Made by a program: the position numbers and the translations under genes
Shown here: positions 50,370 through 60,619 of the stretch, piece by piece
Position numbering within the stretch: position 1 is the stretch's first letter
Layout of the letters: the number at the start of each line of letters is the position of its first letter
Notes under the pieces: model-generated
Databases searched by the model: none
Told to the model about the DNA's origin: nothing
Seen by the model: only the letters and a program-made list of their open reading frames with translations
Assembly: GCA_047285535.1 (NCBI GenBank)
Contig: JBJBDC010000001.1
Location: 1,632,136-1,696,135, forward strand
DNA: 64,000 nt
Source of the DNA: Synechococcus sp.
GTDB lineage: Bacteria; Cyanobacteriota; Cyanobacteriia; PCC-6307; Cyanobiaceae
Direction: 5' to 3'

Positions 50370-51713
50370 ATGCCCATCGGCAAGGTGCTGATCGCCAACC
50401 GCGGCGAGATCGCCCTAAGAATCCTGAGAAGTTGTCGAGAACTCGGCATTAGTACGGTCGCGGTGTACAGCACTGTTGATCGGACGGCCCTTCACGTGCA
50501 GTTGGCGGATGAAGCCGTTTGCGTGGGCGAAGGGCCCAGCAACAAGAGCTACCTCAACATTCCCAACATCCTCGCTGCAGCGACCTCCCGCGGTGTGGAT
50601 GCCATTCACCCCGGCTATGGGTTTTTGGCGGAAAACGACCGATTCGCAGAAATGTGCCGCGATCACGGCATCACGTTCATTGGCCCGTCTCCGCATGCCA
50701 TCCGATCCATGGGAGACAAATCAACAGCGAAAGCCACCATGCAGTCCGTTGGTGTGCCAACGGTGCCTGGTAGCGAAGGCCTGTTACCCAATCCCGAGAA
50801 AGCTGCTGAGCTCGCTGAGGCCATGGGCTACCCGGTGATGATCAAGGCCACCGCTGGAGGCGGTGGGCGGGGAATGCGGCTCGTACCGAGTCCAGATCAA
50901 TTGATGCAGCTGTACAAAGCGGCCCAAGGCGAAGCCGACGCAGCCTTTGGCAATCCAGGCCTCTATCTAGAGAAATTCATCGACCGTCCTAGGCACGTGG
51001 AAGTGCAAGTTCTCGCAGATCGTCACGGCAATGTGGTTCATCTTGGTGAGCGGGACTGTTCAATCCAGAGACGTCACCAGAAACTGCTGGAGGAAGCTCC
51101 GAGCCCGGCCCTCGACCCTGAGCTTCGCCGTCGGATGGGTGAAGCTGCCGTCGCTGCGGCGCGAAGTATCAATTACGAAGGTGCTGGAACAGTGGAATTT
51201 CTCCTCGACCGTAACGGCGGGTTTTATTTCATGGAGATGAACACCCGCATCCAAGTGGAGCATCCCGTCACAGAAATGGTGACGGGTATTGATTTGATCG
51301 CTGAGCAGCTGCGTATCGCGGGCGGGGAATCAATCAGCGTTCAACAGGACGACATCCAACTGCGCGGACATGCCATCGAATGCCGAATCAACGCCGAAGA
51401 TTCCCTGCATAATTTCCGTCCAGCGCCAGGGCGAATCACAGGATGGTTACCGCCTGGTGGGCCTGGAGTGCGTGTGGATAGCCATGTGTACACGGGCTAC
51501 GACATCCCTCCCTTTTATGACTCTCTGATCGGCAAGCTGATCATTTGGGCTCCCAATCGCGCCGCTGCTCTTGAGCGCATGAAGAGAGCTCTGAATGAAT
51601 GTGCGGTCACGGGAATCCCCACGACAGTGGACTTCCATCTGCGCATGCTGGATCGCCCTGAATTTCAAAAGGGCGACGTTCATACCAAATTTGTTGAACA
51701 GGAAATGTTGTAA
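50370..51713 (+). CDS. accC: Acetyl-CoA carboxylase biotin carboxylase
   Basis: [30 protein letters not shown]. Confidence 0.98.
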   Translation: MPIGKVLIANRGEIALRILRSCRELGISTVAVYSTVDRTALHVQLADEAVCVGEGPSNKSYLNIPNILAAATSRGVDAIHPGYGFLAENDRFAEMCRDHGITFIGPSPHAIRSMGDKSTAKATMQSVGVPTVPGSEGLLPNPEKAAELAEAMGYPVMIKATAGGGGRGMRLVPSPDQLMQLYKAAQGEADAAFGNPGLYLEKFIDRPRHVEVQVLADRHGNVVHLGERDCSIQRRHQKLLEEAPSPALDPELRRRMGEAAVAAARSINYEGAGTVEFLLDRNGGFYFMEMNTRIQVEHPVTEMVTGIDLIAEQLRIAGGESISVQQDDIQLRGHAIECRINAEDSLHNFRPAPGRITGWLPPGGPGVRVDSHVYTGYDIPPFYDSLIGKLIIWAPNRAAALERMKRALNECAVTGIPTTVDFHLRMLDRPEFQKGDVHTKFVEQEML

Positions 51714-51719
51714 AGCAGC

Positions 51720-52040
51720 TCAGGCGATGGACTGGGCTCGCAGGATCAGCAGTGAGAGCAACCCCTGCTGGCCGATCAACAGTTCTCGAATCAAACTCAG
51801 AACACCCACCCAAATAACGGGAGTGACATCCACACCGCCGATGGGAGACACCACCCGACGTGTCAACGCCAAGATCGACTCCGTCGGCCAGGCCACCACA
51901 GGCCACAACCCGTGGGTGAGATCCACCTGGGGATACCAAGTGAGCACGATGCGAACAAGAAATGCGAGAGTCCATGCAGCCAACAGCAAGCCCAGTGTCA
52001 AGTGAAGAGTCGGAAGGATGGCAACCAGCGTTGGCGTCAC
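51720..52040 (-). CDS. YggT family protein
   Basis: RIVLTWYP…PIGGVDVTPVI. Confidence 0.9.
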   Translation of the reverse strand: MTPTLVAILPTLHLTLGLLLAAWTLAFLVRIVLTWYPQVDLTHGLWPVVAWPTESILALTRRVVSPIGGVDVTPVIWVGVLSLIRELLIGQQGLLSLLILRAQSIA

Positions 52041-52155
52041 AAAGCCCTAAGCAATACGATCTTCATCGTAGAAAGTTGATCTCAATCCCTAAGATCGCTC
52101 CTAACCAGGCCTTTTTGAACGCATCCGGTCCTCAGTCCCCCGGTCTTAAATCCCA

Positions 52156-52278
52156 ATGACGCCATCCCTATCCAATTTTCTGACCAGCCTTGTTGCAGGT
52201 GCCGTGATCGTTGTAATCCCTGCTTCTATAGGCCTCTTTCTGCTCAGCCAAACCGATCAGGTCGATCGCAAACTTTGA
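52156..52278 (+). CDS. psbX: Photosystem II protein X
   Basis: Manual translation MTPSLSNFLTSLVAGAVIVVIPASIGLFLLSQTDQVDRKL. Confidence 0.95.
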   Translation: MTPSLSNFLTSLVAGAVIVVIPASIGLFLLSQTDQVDRKL

Positions 52279-52358
52279 AGACCTTTTCACGCTCCGTAGA
52301 CTGAACCAACTCGACCCGGGCTTCGGTTGTACGCAGGTCGTTATCAGAGAGCTTCACT

Positions 52359-53342
52359 GTGGTTAATGCCAGTCTGAATTGGGCCAGCATTGTTGGCATC
52401 GTGCTGGCTGTAGGTGGGGCCATGCTCTACTTCATGCGCAGCTTTAAGCCTGCTCTTGCTCGCGATTACGACGTGTTCTTCGCGGCCATTGGGCTCCTTT
52501 GTGGAGGAATTCTTTTCTTTCAGGGCTGGCGCCTCGACCCAATTTTGCAGTTTGGGCAGTTTTTGCTCGCTGGAACCACAGTGTTTTTTGCTTACGAGAG
52601 CGTTCGCCTGCGCGGAATTTCAGCCGAGCAGGCTCGTCGATCGGCTTATTTCGATGACGAGCCAGAAATCGGTAATCCCGCTGGGGGCCTGCGTGGTGGG
52701 TATGACGATCCATACGACAGATTCGATGACCCACAGCCGATCAGTCGCAGGTTTGGCGGGCAAGGTCTTGATGACGATGAACGACCAGAACAGGACTTCT
52801 ACCGCCCAAGACGAACGTCTAGGGCGGCCATTCCTGAACAGGCTGCCAGCAGAAGCCGGCAACGCTCTAATCCCTCTGCTGAGTGGTCAGACAACAGTGA
52901 ACGGGATCGGCGCATGGCCCGATTTGGGCGCAATGATGACGCCCCTCCAAGTGGTCCGAGCTTTGGAGAACGGCGTGCTCAACGTCAAGATCAACGTCGA
53001 GGATCCAGGCCCTCTCCAGCAGCGTCTCCATCTCGGCCTGAACCCTCTGGCCGTTCCTCAGCAGCAGTGGCCACGCCGAACAGTCGGCGACCAGCTCGTG
53101 GGAATAGCGGAGGTCAAAGTAGCGGAATTGAAGGAACCCCTGGAATTCCTCAGGGCAGCCCACTACGACGTGAGCCAGAAGATGCTGCCTACTCACCCAG
53201 CAAGCGCGGCACATCCTCCGCACAGGTGAACCGGCCCGGCGGCCCCAAACCTGAAGACGGGCCTAGCAGCGGTAGAGAAAGCAAGCGAACGCCTCCGCGT
53301 AGCTCACGTCCAAGAGACAACAGTTCTCGCTTCGACGACTAA
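52359..53342 (+). CDS. ycf66: Ycf66 family protein
   Basis: RDYDVFF…GGILFFQGWRLDPILQFGQ. Confidence 0.92.
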   Translation: MVNASLNWASIVGIVLAVGGAMLYFMRSFKPALARDYDVFFAAIGLLCGGILFFQGWRLDPILQFGQFLLAGTTVFFAYESVRLRGISAEQARRSAYFDDEPEIGNPAGGLRGGYDDPYDRFDDPQPISRRFGGQGLDDDERPEQDFYRPRRTSRAAIPEQAASRSRQRSNPSAEWSDNSERDRRMARFGRNDDAPPSGPSFGERRAQRQDQRRGSRPSPAASPSRPEPSGRSSAAVATPNSRRPARGNSGGQSSGIEGTPGIPQGSPLRREPEDAAYSPSKRGTSSAQVNRPGGPKPEDGPSSGRESKRTPPRSSRPRDNSSRFDD

Positions 53343-53364
53343 TCTCTGCACATCCAAAACAGGT

Positions 53365-53892
53365 ATGACCAGACTGCTGATTCCAGTGCTCTTAGCACTG
53401 GTGGCACTGGGATGTGAAAGCCGAACGAGACGCGCACCATCCACTCTTCTTGCCTCTCCACAGCAGGATCCTGCACTCAGCGGTGATGGAAAGTTGTTGG
53501 CCGTCATCGTGGACCAGAACGGCAGACCAACCGTTCAGCTCCGCAAAATACAAGACGGGGCCCCATTGCGTTTACGCCACCTCTCACGCCATCAACCGCA
53601 CAGCTCACCGTCGTTGAGCTGGAATGGTCGTTACTTGGCCGTCATCACCCAACGCGGCAACCGCCGACTGGTCTTGATTGAAGACCGTTTAAGTGGCAAA
53701 GCCCACCCAATGCGCTTGCCCTCAGGTCGAGATCCTGTGCAGGTCAGTCTTGCTCCAGATGCGCGCCAGCTCGCGATTCAGACCGCTGTTGAAGGACGCT
53801 GGCGCGTGGAAGTGCTTGACCTCAGCGGATTACTAGAGCCAGACAACCCTGCAGGCCAGCGACTCAAGACTCCCAGCGAGCTGAACCCATGA
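53365..53892 (+). CDS. TolB-like lipoprotein
   Basis: Lipobox ALGC; PALSGDG and PSLSWNG repeats. Confidence 0.75.
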   Translation: MTRLLIPVLLALVALGCESRTRRAPSTLLASPQQDPALSGDGKLLAVIVDQNGRPTVQLRKIQDGAPLRLRHLSRHQPHSSPSLSWNGRYLAVITQRGNRRLVLIEDRLSGKAHPMRLPSGRDPVQVSLAPDARQLAIQTAVEGRWRVEVLDLSGLLEPDNPAGQRLKTPSELNP

Positions 53893-54383
53893 GGAAGCCA
53901 AGACAGCCCCTGATCACTTCAGCCCTTTTGCTCTCTGCTCTCGCCTTGGGTTGCAGTCAGAACGGCATCCGACCCATGGCCCGCGTTGGTACAGCGCTCC
54001 AACGCAGTGCAGACAGCCGGCGCCATCCCTCCATGGGACAAGGTTGGCTGGTAAGTCTGGCCAGCCGAAATGGGAGAGAGAGAGTGGAACTGATTGATCT
54101 AAACACCGCAACCCCTGTTCCTCTCCATGGACTCAATCAGGCCGATTCCCAAACCATCAGCCTCAGCGTGAGCGGAGATGGTCAAAGGATCGCTCTCATC
54201 CGCCAAAGGGATGAGCGAACCGAATTAATGCTCTATCGACGGGATGCAAGCGCTTTACAACGACTGCCGATCGATCCTCCTGGCGTACCCCGGTTGGTGA
54301 GCCTCAATGGCAATGGACGGCTGTTGGCCGTTCAGGTGAGCCGAAGAGGACGCTGGGATGTGGATTTGATACGCCTTCCCTAA
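53889..54383 (+). CDS. TolB-like lipoprotein
   Basis: Lipobox ALGC; SVSGDG and SLNGNG repeats. Confidence 0.7.
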   Translation: MRKPRQPLITSALLLSALALGCSQNGIRPMARVGTALQRSADSRRHPSMGQGWLVSLASRNGRERVELIDLNTATPVPLHGLNQADSQTISLSVSGDGQRIALIRQRDERTELMLYRRDASALQRLPIDPPGVPRLVSLNGNGRLLAVQVSRRGRWDVDLIRLP

Positions 54384-54626
54384 TCACGGAACCAACCCTG
54401 CCCAATGCAAAAAGGTGTCATGACTTAAGGCTTCCGTGAGTAGAACAGCCAGGAAACCGATCATGGCGAAACGGCCGTTGATCCGCTCGGCGTAGCCACT
54501 CCAACCAAAGGCAGGCAGATCAGAGGTTGTAGCACTGGGCCCTTGCGCCAGACCCTGGGTGGACTGAGCGGAAGAGGCCTGCTCAGAAGAGCGGCTGTTC
54601 GTTTGATCAGAATTTTTCGGGGTCAT
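54384..54626 (-). CDS. hli: High-light-inducible (CAB/ELIP/HLIP) protein
   Basis: AERINGRFAMIGF motif. Confidence 0.9.
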   Translation of the reverse strand: MTPKNSDQTNSRSSEQASSAQSTQGLAQGPSATTSDLPAFGWSGYAERINGRFAMIGFLAVLLTEALSHDTFLHWAGLVP

Positions 54627-56604
54627 AGCTACTTGTAGGAACAAGACTCCAATCGCCATCCCCACGTAGTTCCAACACGTTGGTATGGAAATGCTTGAGG
54701 GTAGGACGATGACCAACACTAATAAAGGAAAGATCTCGATCCACTAGCAACTGGTAAAGCTGCTTTTCTGTCTTGACATCAAGGGCACTGGTGGCCTCAT
54801 CAAGCACCACAAAACGCGGCGAATTTAAAAGTAATCGACCAAACGCTAATCTCTGCTGCTCTCCGAGAGAAAGAATGCGAGGCCAATCCTGCTTAATATC
54901 GAGATCAGGATAACGAGTGACTAGCTTCTGCAGATTGACCTGCTCAAGCACACTCCTTAACTGCTCATCACTAAAACGATCCTCATCTGCTGGGTAACAA
55001 AGCTGCTCTCGCAAGGAGCCCAACAACATATAGGGCTTCTGTGGAATGAATAAAAGATCACCCATCGAAGGACGCTCGACACTGCCTCGACTGGGTTCCC
55101 ATAGACCACTAATCATGCGTAACAATGATGTCTTTCCGCAGCCAGAGGGTCCCACCACCAAAAGCTTGTCGTGATCACCAATGTTGATTGTGAGATCTTC
55201 GATTACCGGATTTTTACCATTTGGTGGATATAGATCGGCTGAGCGAATCACAATGCTGTTGCTTCCAGGCACAACTCTGCTGTTGTTACTCGGAGCCTGT
55301 TGCCCCACATGCTCAACCTTGGTCTGAAATCCTTCAAGACGGCTGATGCCCGCTGCGAATTGAGCAAGTTGTTCAATTCTAGCAACTATAAAGAAGAGCG
55401 AGCTTTCAACCATATTGAACGCAAAATTAGCCTGATTGAAAACTCCAAAGTCAATTTCGCCCGCGAAATACACGGGGGCCATGACCAAGAACGGAAGGAA
55501 AACACCCGCGTAGGAAACCGAACGACGCATCACATCGATGATCACCTGCCATACAATTAAGAGATTGAAGTTTTTAACAACAGATCCAAGCCTTCTATAG
55601 GATTCTTGTTTTTCCTGAGTTTCACCAGAGTAAAACGCAATCGACTCAGCATTATCCCTTATATGGACAAGACCATAACGGAAATCGGCCTCATAACGTA
55701 ACTGATCATAATTAATTCGGACGAGGTTCCGCCCCGCAACAATGAGCAGAGCCGTAGCGAAAGCTGCATACCCGAACAAGGCAAAGGTAAGCCTCGAACT
55801 GATACCCCACAATATAAGTATGTTCAAAGAAAACGTAAGCAGCGCATCAAACAAACCCAACACGAGACTTAAGCTTTGCGCTGTAAAGGCTTCCGTATCC
55901 TGAGTAATCCTTTGGTCAGGATTATCAATATCTGTCTCTTCTTCACTGTTAGGATTAAGAACATAATACGCCTTGTTTTTCATATAATCACCGATCAAAG
56001 ACCTAGACAACCACTCCCTCCAGATAATCCCAAGCTTTTGCGTGATGTAGACCTGAGTCACCCTGATGGGGAGTGCAACCACAAAGCATGCGGCGTAGAT
56101 GGACAGCCGCCCATAAAAGCCTCCCTGATCCTTATCCACCAACGCATTTGTAATGTCTCTGTAAATAAAACTAATCCCAGCATTAATCCCATTAACAGCT
56201 AGCAACATAAAAACAATCGTTGCCAATAAACCCCAATTAAGCCAACGTCTCTGGCGCAATTGCTGACGGAAGGCCACAAAACTGGCCAAACCAATCAGAA
56301 ACAGAGCAACAAAAGCCCCTCCCCACCAACTGGACCAGATCGTGGCGAGTGTTCCAGCAACACCAGCGAGGTACTTTTCCGTTAAAACCGGCTGAAATCG
56401 ATCCAGGCTTCGGATCACTACCGTCAGGACGGCAAGAACCAACCCTCCAACACAAAACAGCAGGCAAATCAACAGCCAGATGAACTGCCAGCCGCTGGCC
56501 TGATCCAGCGGCAGAAAAAAGGGTTGAGCTAGATGGCGCAGCTTCGCGAGCTGATCACGCAGGTTTTTCAACGGGCCGCTGCTGGGCAAAGTAGACGCTG
56601 TCAT
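54607..56604 (-). CDS. ABC transporter ATP-binding/permease (ABCD/SbmA-like)
   Basis: DNPDQRI, EADFRY, GPSGCGKT, LSLGEQQR, LDEATS. Confidence 0.92.
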   Translation of the reverse strand: MTASTLPSSGPLKNLRDQLAKLRHLAQPFFLPLDQASGWQFIWLLICLLFCVGGLVLAVLTVVIRSLDRFQPVLTEKYLAGVAGTLATIWSSWWGGAFVALFLIGLASFVAFRQQLRQRRWLNWGLLATIVFMLLAVNGINAGISFIYRDITNALVDKDQGGFYGRLSIYAACFVVALPIRVTQVYITQKLGIIWREWLSRSLIGDYMKNKAYYVLNPNSEEETDIDNPDQRITQDTEAFTAQSLSLVLGLFDALLTFSLNILILWGISSRLTFALFGYAAFATALLIVAGRNLVRINYDQLRYEADFRYGLVHIRDNAESIAFYSGETQEKQESYRRLGSVVKNFNLLIVWQVIIDVMRRSVSYAGVFLPFLVMAPVYFAGEIDFGVFNQANFAFNMVESSLFFIVARIEQLAQFAAGISRLEGFQTKVEHVGQQAPSNNSRVVPGSNSIVIRSADLYPPNGKNPVIEDLTINIGDHDKLLVVGPSGCGKTSLLRMISGLWEPSRGSVERPSMGDLLFIPQKPYMLLGSLREQLCYPADEDRFSDEQLRSVLEQVNLQKLVTRYPDLDIKQDWPRILSLGEQQRLAFGRLLLNSPRFVVLDEATSALDVKTEKQLYQLLVDRDLSFISVGHRPTLKHFHTNVLELRGDGDWSLVPTSSYDPEKF

Positions 56605-56629
56605 GTCGACATTCTCCCAAGCGATTCCT

Positions 56630-56977
56630 TCATCCGGGAGGCCATTCCAGGGAACGCCCACCGATCACATGAACATGCAGGTGGAACACGGTCTGTCCTG
56701 CTCCCTCACCGCTGTTAATCACGGTTCTCCAATCATCCAACCCTTCCTGGTGGGCGACCTTTGCAGCCACCAACAGCAAATGACCGAGCAACTCCCTATC
56801 CGCTTCATCTGCCTCCCGCAAACTTTCAAGTGGCTTGCGAGGAATGATCAGCAGATGAACCGGTGCCGCTGGAGCAATGTCACGGAAGGCCAGACATTTC
56901 TCATCGCTATACACCTCATCACATGGAATCTCTCCACGCAGGATGCGGCCAAAAATCGTGTCGCCAGCCATGGTCAA
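56630..56977 (-). CDS. HIT family nucleotide-binding protein
   Basis: GQTVFHLHVHVIGG. Confidence 0.95.
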   Translation of the reverse strand: MTMAGDTIFGRILRGEIPCDEVYSDEKCLAFRDIAPAAPVHLLIIPRKPLESLREADEADRELLGHLLLVAAKVAHQEGLDDWRTVINSGEGAGQTVFHLHVHVIGGRSLEWPPG

Positions 56978-57040
56978 AAACCTGGGCAGAACAGTGAATG
57001 AGACGGGTGGGGCATCAGAGGCCTAACCCACAACATCACA

Positions 57041-58600
57041 ATGCTTGCACGCTGCTCAAGCGCCTCAATTCAAGGCATGGATGCGCATCCCGTCACGGTG
57101 GAAGTCGACCTCGCACCAGGGCTCCCCGGCTTGCAACTTGTGGGATTGCCAGATGCCGCAATTCAAGAATCACGTGAACGCGTTCGGGCAGCGCTGCGTA
57201 ACAGCGGCTTTCGAGGGCCCCTTGTTCGGGTCATAGTCAATCTGGCGCCAGCAGATCTACGCAAGGAGGGACCAGCTTTCGATCTTCCGATCGCGCTGGC
57301 CTTACTGGTTGCCAGCGGTCAGCTGGATCCAAACAGGCTGGAGGGACTTTGTTGCGCCGGAGAACTTGGCCTGGACGGCAGCTTGCGACCATGCCGCGGC
57401 ATTCTGGCGATTGCCTGCCAAGCCAAGATCCAGCAAGCGAAGGCATGTGTTGTGCCGTCGGCCAACGCTGCAGAAGCATCTCTTGTGGCTGGACTCCCAG
57501 TGGTCTGTGCCAACAATCTGAGCGAACTCGTCGAGCAACTACGCCATGGCGTCAAGTTCAACTGTTTCCAACAACCCATCAAGAGAGCAACCACACACCC
57601 GGCGGACTCTCCAAGCGCATCAGAGACTTCAGCCTCAACATCTCTGCATCTTCAGCCTTTAGCGCGCAAGGCTTTAGCGATTGCTGCCGCAGGTGGACAT
57701 CATCTCCTGATGGTTGGTCCCCCTGGCTGTGGCAAGACAATCTTGGCGCAACAACTTCCCAAGATTCTTCCACCTCTGAGCCAGTCAGAGGCCCTGGAAC
57801 TCACTCGGCTCCAATCCATTGCCGGAAAGCTGGGCAGCGTCACAAACCTTGTTCGCCAACGACCGTTCCGTGCACCACACCCCAGCACATCGGCCGCCGG
57901 TCTCCTCGGTGGGGGAAAGAATCCGCGCCCAGGTGAATTGAGCCTGGCGCATGGAGGAGTGCTGTTTCTGGATGAACTAACCGAATTCCCGAGATCGCTC
58001 CTTGACCAGTTGCGTCAGCCTCTGGAGGAGGGGGTGCTCTGGCTCAGCCGAGCCCACTTGCGCTGCGCCTTCCCATGTCATGTCACCCTTGTTGCAGCAA
58101 CCAATCCGTGTCCTTGCGGATGGCATGGTGATCGCTCAAACCGCTGTCGATGTTCGGAGCTTCAACGCAAGCGCTACTGGAGCCGCTTATCTGGGCCATT
58201 TTTAGATCGCCTCGATCTTCAGTGCCGCCTCGAATCAGTACCGACAGCTCAATTACGCCGTTGCTTTCGTGAACCAGATCCTCCTACGGATCAAAGCTTC
58301 GCAGCCGAGGTGGTCCAGGAAGCCCGCCTCAAAATGTGCAAACGCAACCCTGATGGTCAACTCAACAGCCAACTCAACGCAGTAGATCTAGGCCGATACG
58401 GACAGATTCACGAGGATGCATTCAAATGCTGGGAAAAGGTGGTGGCGAAGCGTCATCTGAGCTTGCGCAGCAGTTTGAGGTTGCTGCGCGTTGCTCGAAC
58501 CATCGCTGACCTCGCCGCCCTACCGGTAGTGGGCGAACAACAGATTGCTGAAGCCCTCTGCTTTCGGAGCTATGACAACACTGCTAAACCCTTGATGTGA
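57041..58600 (+). CDS. comM: YifB/ComM Mg-chelatase-like AAA ATPase
   Basis: VNLAPAD, GPPGCGKT, PGELSLAHGGVLFLDE, NPCPCG. Confidence 0.92.
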   Translation: MLARCSSASIQGMDAHPVTVEVDLAPGLPGLQLVGLPDAAIQESRERVRAALRNSGFRGPLVRVIVNLAPADLRKEGPAFDLPIALALLVASGQLDPNRLEGLCCAGELGLDGSLRPCRGILAIACQAKIQQAKACVVPSANAAEASLVAGLPVVCANNLSELVEQLRHGVKFNCFQQPIKRATTHPADSPSASETSASTSLHLQPLARKALAIAAAGGHHLLMVGPPGCGKTILAQQLPKILPPLSQSEALELTRLQSIAGKLGSVTNLVRQRPFRAPHPSTSAAGLLGGGKNPRPGELSLAHGGVLFLDELTEFPRSLLDQLRQPLEEGVLWLSRAHLRCAFPCHVTLVAATNPCPCGWHGDRSNRCRCSELQRKRYWSRLSGPFLDRLDLQCRLESVPTAQLRRCFREPDPPTDQSFAAEVVQEARLKMCKRNPDGQLNSQLNAVDLGRYGQIHEDAFKCWEKVVAKRHLSLRSSLRLLRVARTIADLAALPVVGEQQIAEALCFRSYDNTAKPLM

Positions 58601-58612
58601 GGGTTGAGATGC

Positions 58613-58759
58613 TCAACGACGGCCATGATGCGGAACATCCCGGTAAGGCTGGAATCCAATCGGAGGAGGAACGTTTCTCTTTTCCTCACTTGGATTGCCG
58701 ACAGCATGTGAAATAGTTTCACCGACCCAGTCGCGAAACGATCTAAGCATGAGTTCCAT
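58613..58759 (-). CDS. Small hypothetical protein (48 aa)
   Basis: Manual translation MELMLRSFRDWVGETISHAVGNPSEEKRNVPPPIGFQPYRDVPHHGRR. Confidence 0.5.
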   Translation of the reverse strand: MELMLRSFRDWVGETISHAVGNPSEEKRNVPPPIGFQPYRDVPHHGRR

Positions 58760-58880
58760 GAGGATCACCGATGAACTCTCTTTAGTCTCGGAAGCTCATA
58801 AAAAAAAAGGATCAGTCAAAATACTGATCGTTCCATATTTTGACTGAGTACGTCTTAGCGGTATTTGAAACTCGAATCAA

Positions 58881-59051
58881 TCAACGACGGCGACGACGTT
58901 GCTGAGCCTTGCGCTTGTACTTCTCGATTGGAGTTTCGTGATGACGAAGGCGCTTGAGATCAGCAAAGATTCCGGCCTTGGAGACCTGGCGCTTAAAGCG
59001 CCGCAGGGCAGATTCGATGCCTTCATTTTCTCCGACCGTGACCTGAGTCAT
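58881..59051 (-). CDS. rpsU: 30S ribosomal protein S21
   Basis: Manual translation [41 protein letters not shown]…. Confidence 0.97.
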   Translation of the reverse strand: MTQVTVGENEGIESALRRFKRQVSKAGIFADLKRLRHHETPIEKYKRKAQQRRRRR

Positions 59052-59104
59052 TCAACAAGCAAGGATGTCCAGCCACGCAATGTAGCAAGCGAAGGGCTCA
59101 CTGC

Positions 59105-59686
59105 TCAGAACGCATCAGAAAGGCTAGGGGCCTCATCGCGATACACATACAGATGCCCAAGTGTGCGCTTGCCGTATTGACGCCTCATCAACTTCCAACC
59201 TGGCTCTAGAACAAGTTGAAGGAAGCCATGTCCAGGACCTCCAGAGCGGGCCACCACCATGGTGGGACGAGATGGATCACGCGTTGGAACCGCGAGCAGC
59301 TCCACATCGGAACCAGTTTTCACTACTGACAGTCGGTAACGTGTGCCCAGGTCATCACCTCCAATACGCAAGGAATAACCATTGCCATCGATGTAGCGAT
59401 TGCAGATTCCTGTGAAGTCAAAACTCGCCAACAGGGGGTCGACGACAGCAGGTGAGGCGCCAGAAACCTCGAAACAAGGTCGGGCGCTGGTGCGCTGCTC
59501 ATAAATATTCAGCTGAGAGCTCTCACCCTTGCCAATGGGAGCAGCCACCATCACAAATTGGCTTTCATCAACGTCTGCAGCAGTGAAAACAGAACCCTGT
59601 GCCTTCACAACTTGCGAGAGGCCTGTAGCAACTGCGGCAGCAAAGACAGCGGCAGTAAAAGCTGACTTCCAAAAAAGGCCCATCAA
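59105..59686 (-). CDS. DUF3747 family protein
   Basis: VDPLLASFDFTGICNRYIDGNGYSLRIGG…LGHLY. Confidence 0.85.
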   Translation of the reverse strand: MMGLFWKSAFTAAVFAAAVATGLSQVVKAQGSVFTAADVDESQFVMVAAPIGKGESSQLNIYEQRTSARPCFEVSGASPAVVDPLLASFDFTGICNRYIDGNGYSLRIGGDDLGTRYRLSVVKTGSDVELLAVPTRDPSRPTMVVARSGGPGHGFLQLVLEPGWKLMRRQYGKRTLGHLYVYRDEAPSLSDAF

Positions 59687-59743
59687 TCAAAACCAGTGAT
59701 GTCCTCGGATCGTATTAGTCCCTGGTGATCCGAGCACGAGGGA

Positions 59744-59941
59744 TCAGGCCGGTTTGTTGAGACGAATCGCGACTAAAAGTGACCCGAACGTGGCAGGAAG
59801 GCTCAAACCCAGAATCCAACGTGTGGGATTCACTCCCAAATCAGGATCGCCGTACGCCAGTTCGAAAACGCTACCTGTTGCAGCGATACCAAGTACACAT
59901 GCCAGGGCCAAGAACAGGCCTGACAGGGGTTTCATCGGCAT
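59744..59941 (-). CDS. Small conserved membrane protein
   Basis: GSVFELAYGDPDLG between two TM helices. Confidence 0.7.
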   Translation of the reverse strand: MPMKPLSGLFLALACVLGIAATGSVFELAYGDPDLGVNPTRWILGLSLPATFGSLLVAIRLNKPA

Positions 59942-59945
59942 GGAC

Positions 59946-60554
59946 TTATGACCTCATTGGGCGGACGTCAGAGGCAAGGAATCCATGCTCTTTCAACTCT
60001 TTATTAAGGCCACCGGAATCGGTGACGCGATCCACAAACAACACACCGCGGAGATGGTCCATCTCATGCTGAATGCAGCGTGCCATCAGACCATCAGCCT
60101 TCATGGTGCGAGGTCGACCCATTTCATCTCTAAAACTTAACTGGATTGCCGTAGGACGGACTACATCGAGATAAACACCTGGGATGCTCAGGCAACCCTC
60201 TTCATACGTGTCGACGGATGCGCTGCAGGTTGTGATTTCAGGGTTGATCAATACAAGAGGTGGAGTGCTTGATGTCTCAAAGTCGAGATCAATCACCAGC
60301 AATTGTTGATGGACTCCCACCTGAGGAGCTGCTAGCCCAATACCACGGGCTGTGTACATGCTGCGCAGCATGTCGCGAGCCAAATCACGCACACGCTCGT
60401 CAACCTTGCCAATCCTGCGAGCATCCCCCCGTAATACTTCGTCGCCGAGCTGATGGATGTTGAGCGGAGCGCTATCCATCGGCTCCTTGGGCACGGTAAT
60501 GGCGGAGCTTCTCTTCTCAGCCGATCGTGCCAACTGGGCAAAGCTCCTGGCCAA
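59946..60554 (-). CDS. def: Peptide deformylase
   Basis: GIGLAAPQVG, EGCLS, QHEMDHL. Confidence 0.97.
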   Translation of the reverse strand: MARSFAQLARSAEKRSSAITVPKEPMDSAPLNIHQLGDEVLRGDARRIGKVDERVRDLARDMLRSMYTARGIGLAAPQVGVHQQLLVIDLDFETSSTPPLVLINPEITTCSASVDTYEEGCLSIPGVYLDVVRPTAIQLSFRDEMGRPRTMKADGLMARCIQHEMDHLRGVLFVDRVTDSGGLNKELKEHGFLASDVRPMRS

Positions 60555-60619
60555 AACCTCTCCTACGTTGAAGTTGTCTCGATCTTAGGCAGACCTGATC
60601 TCTGCTTGATCCGTTCGAC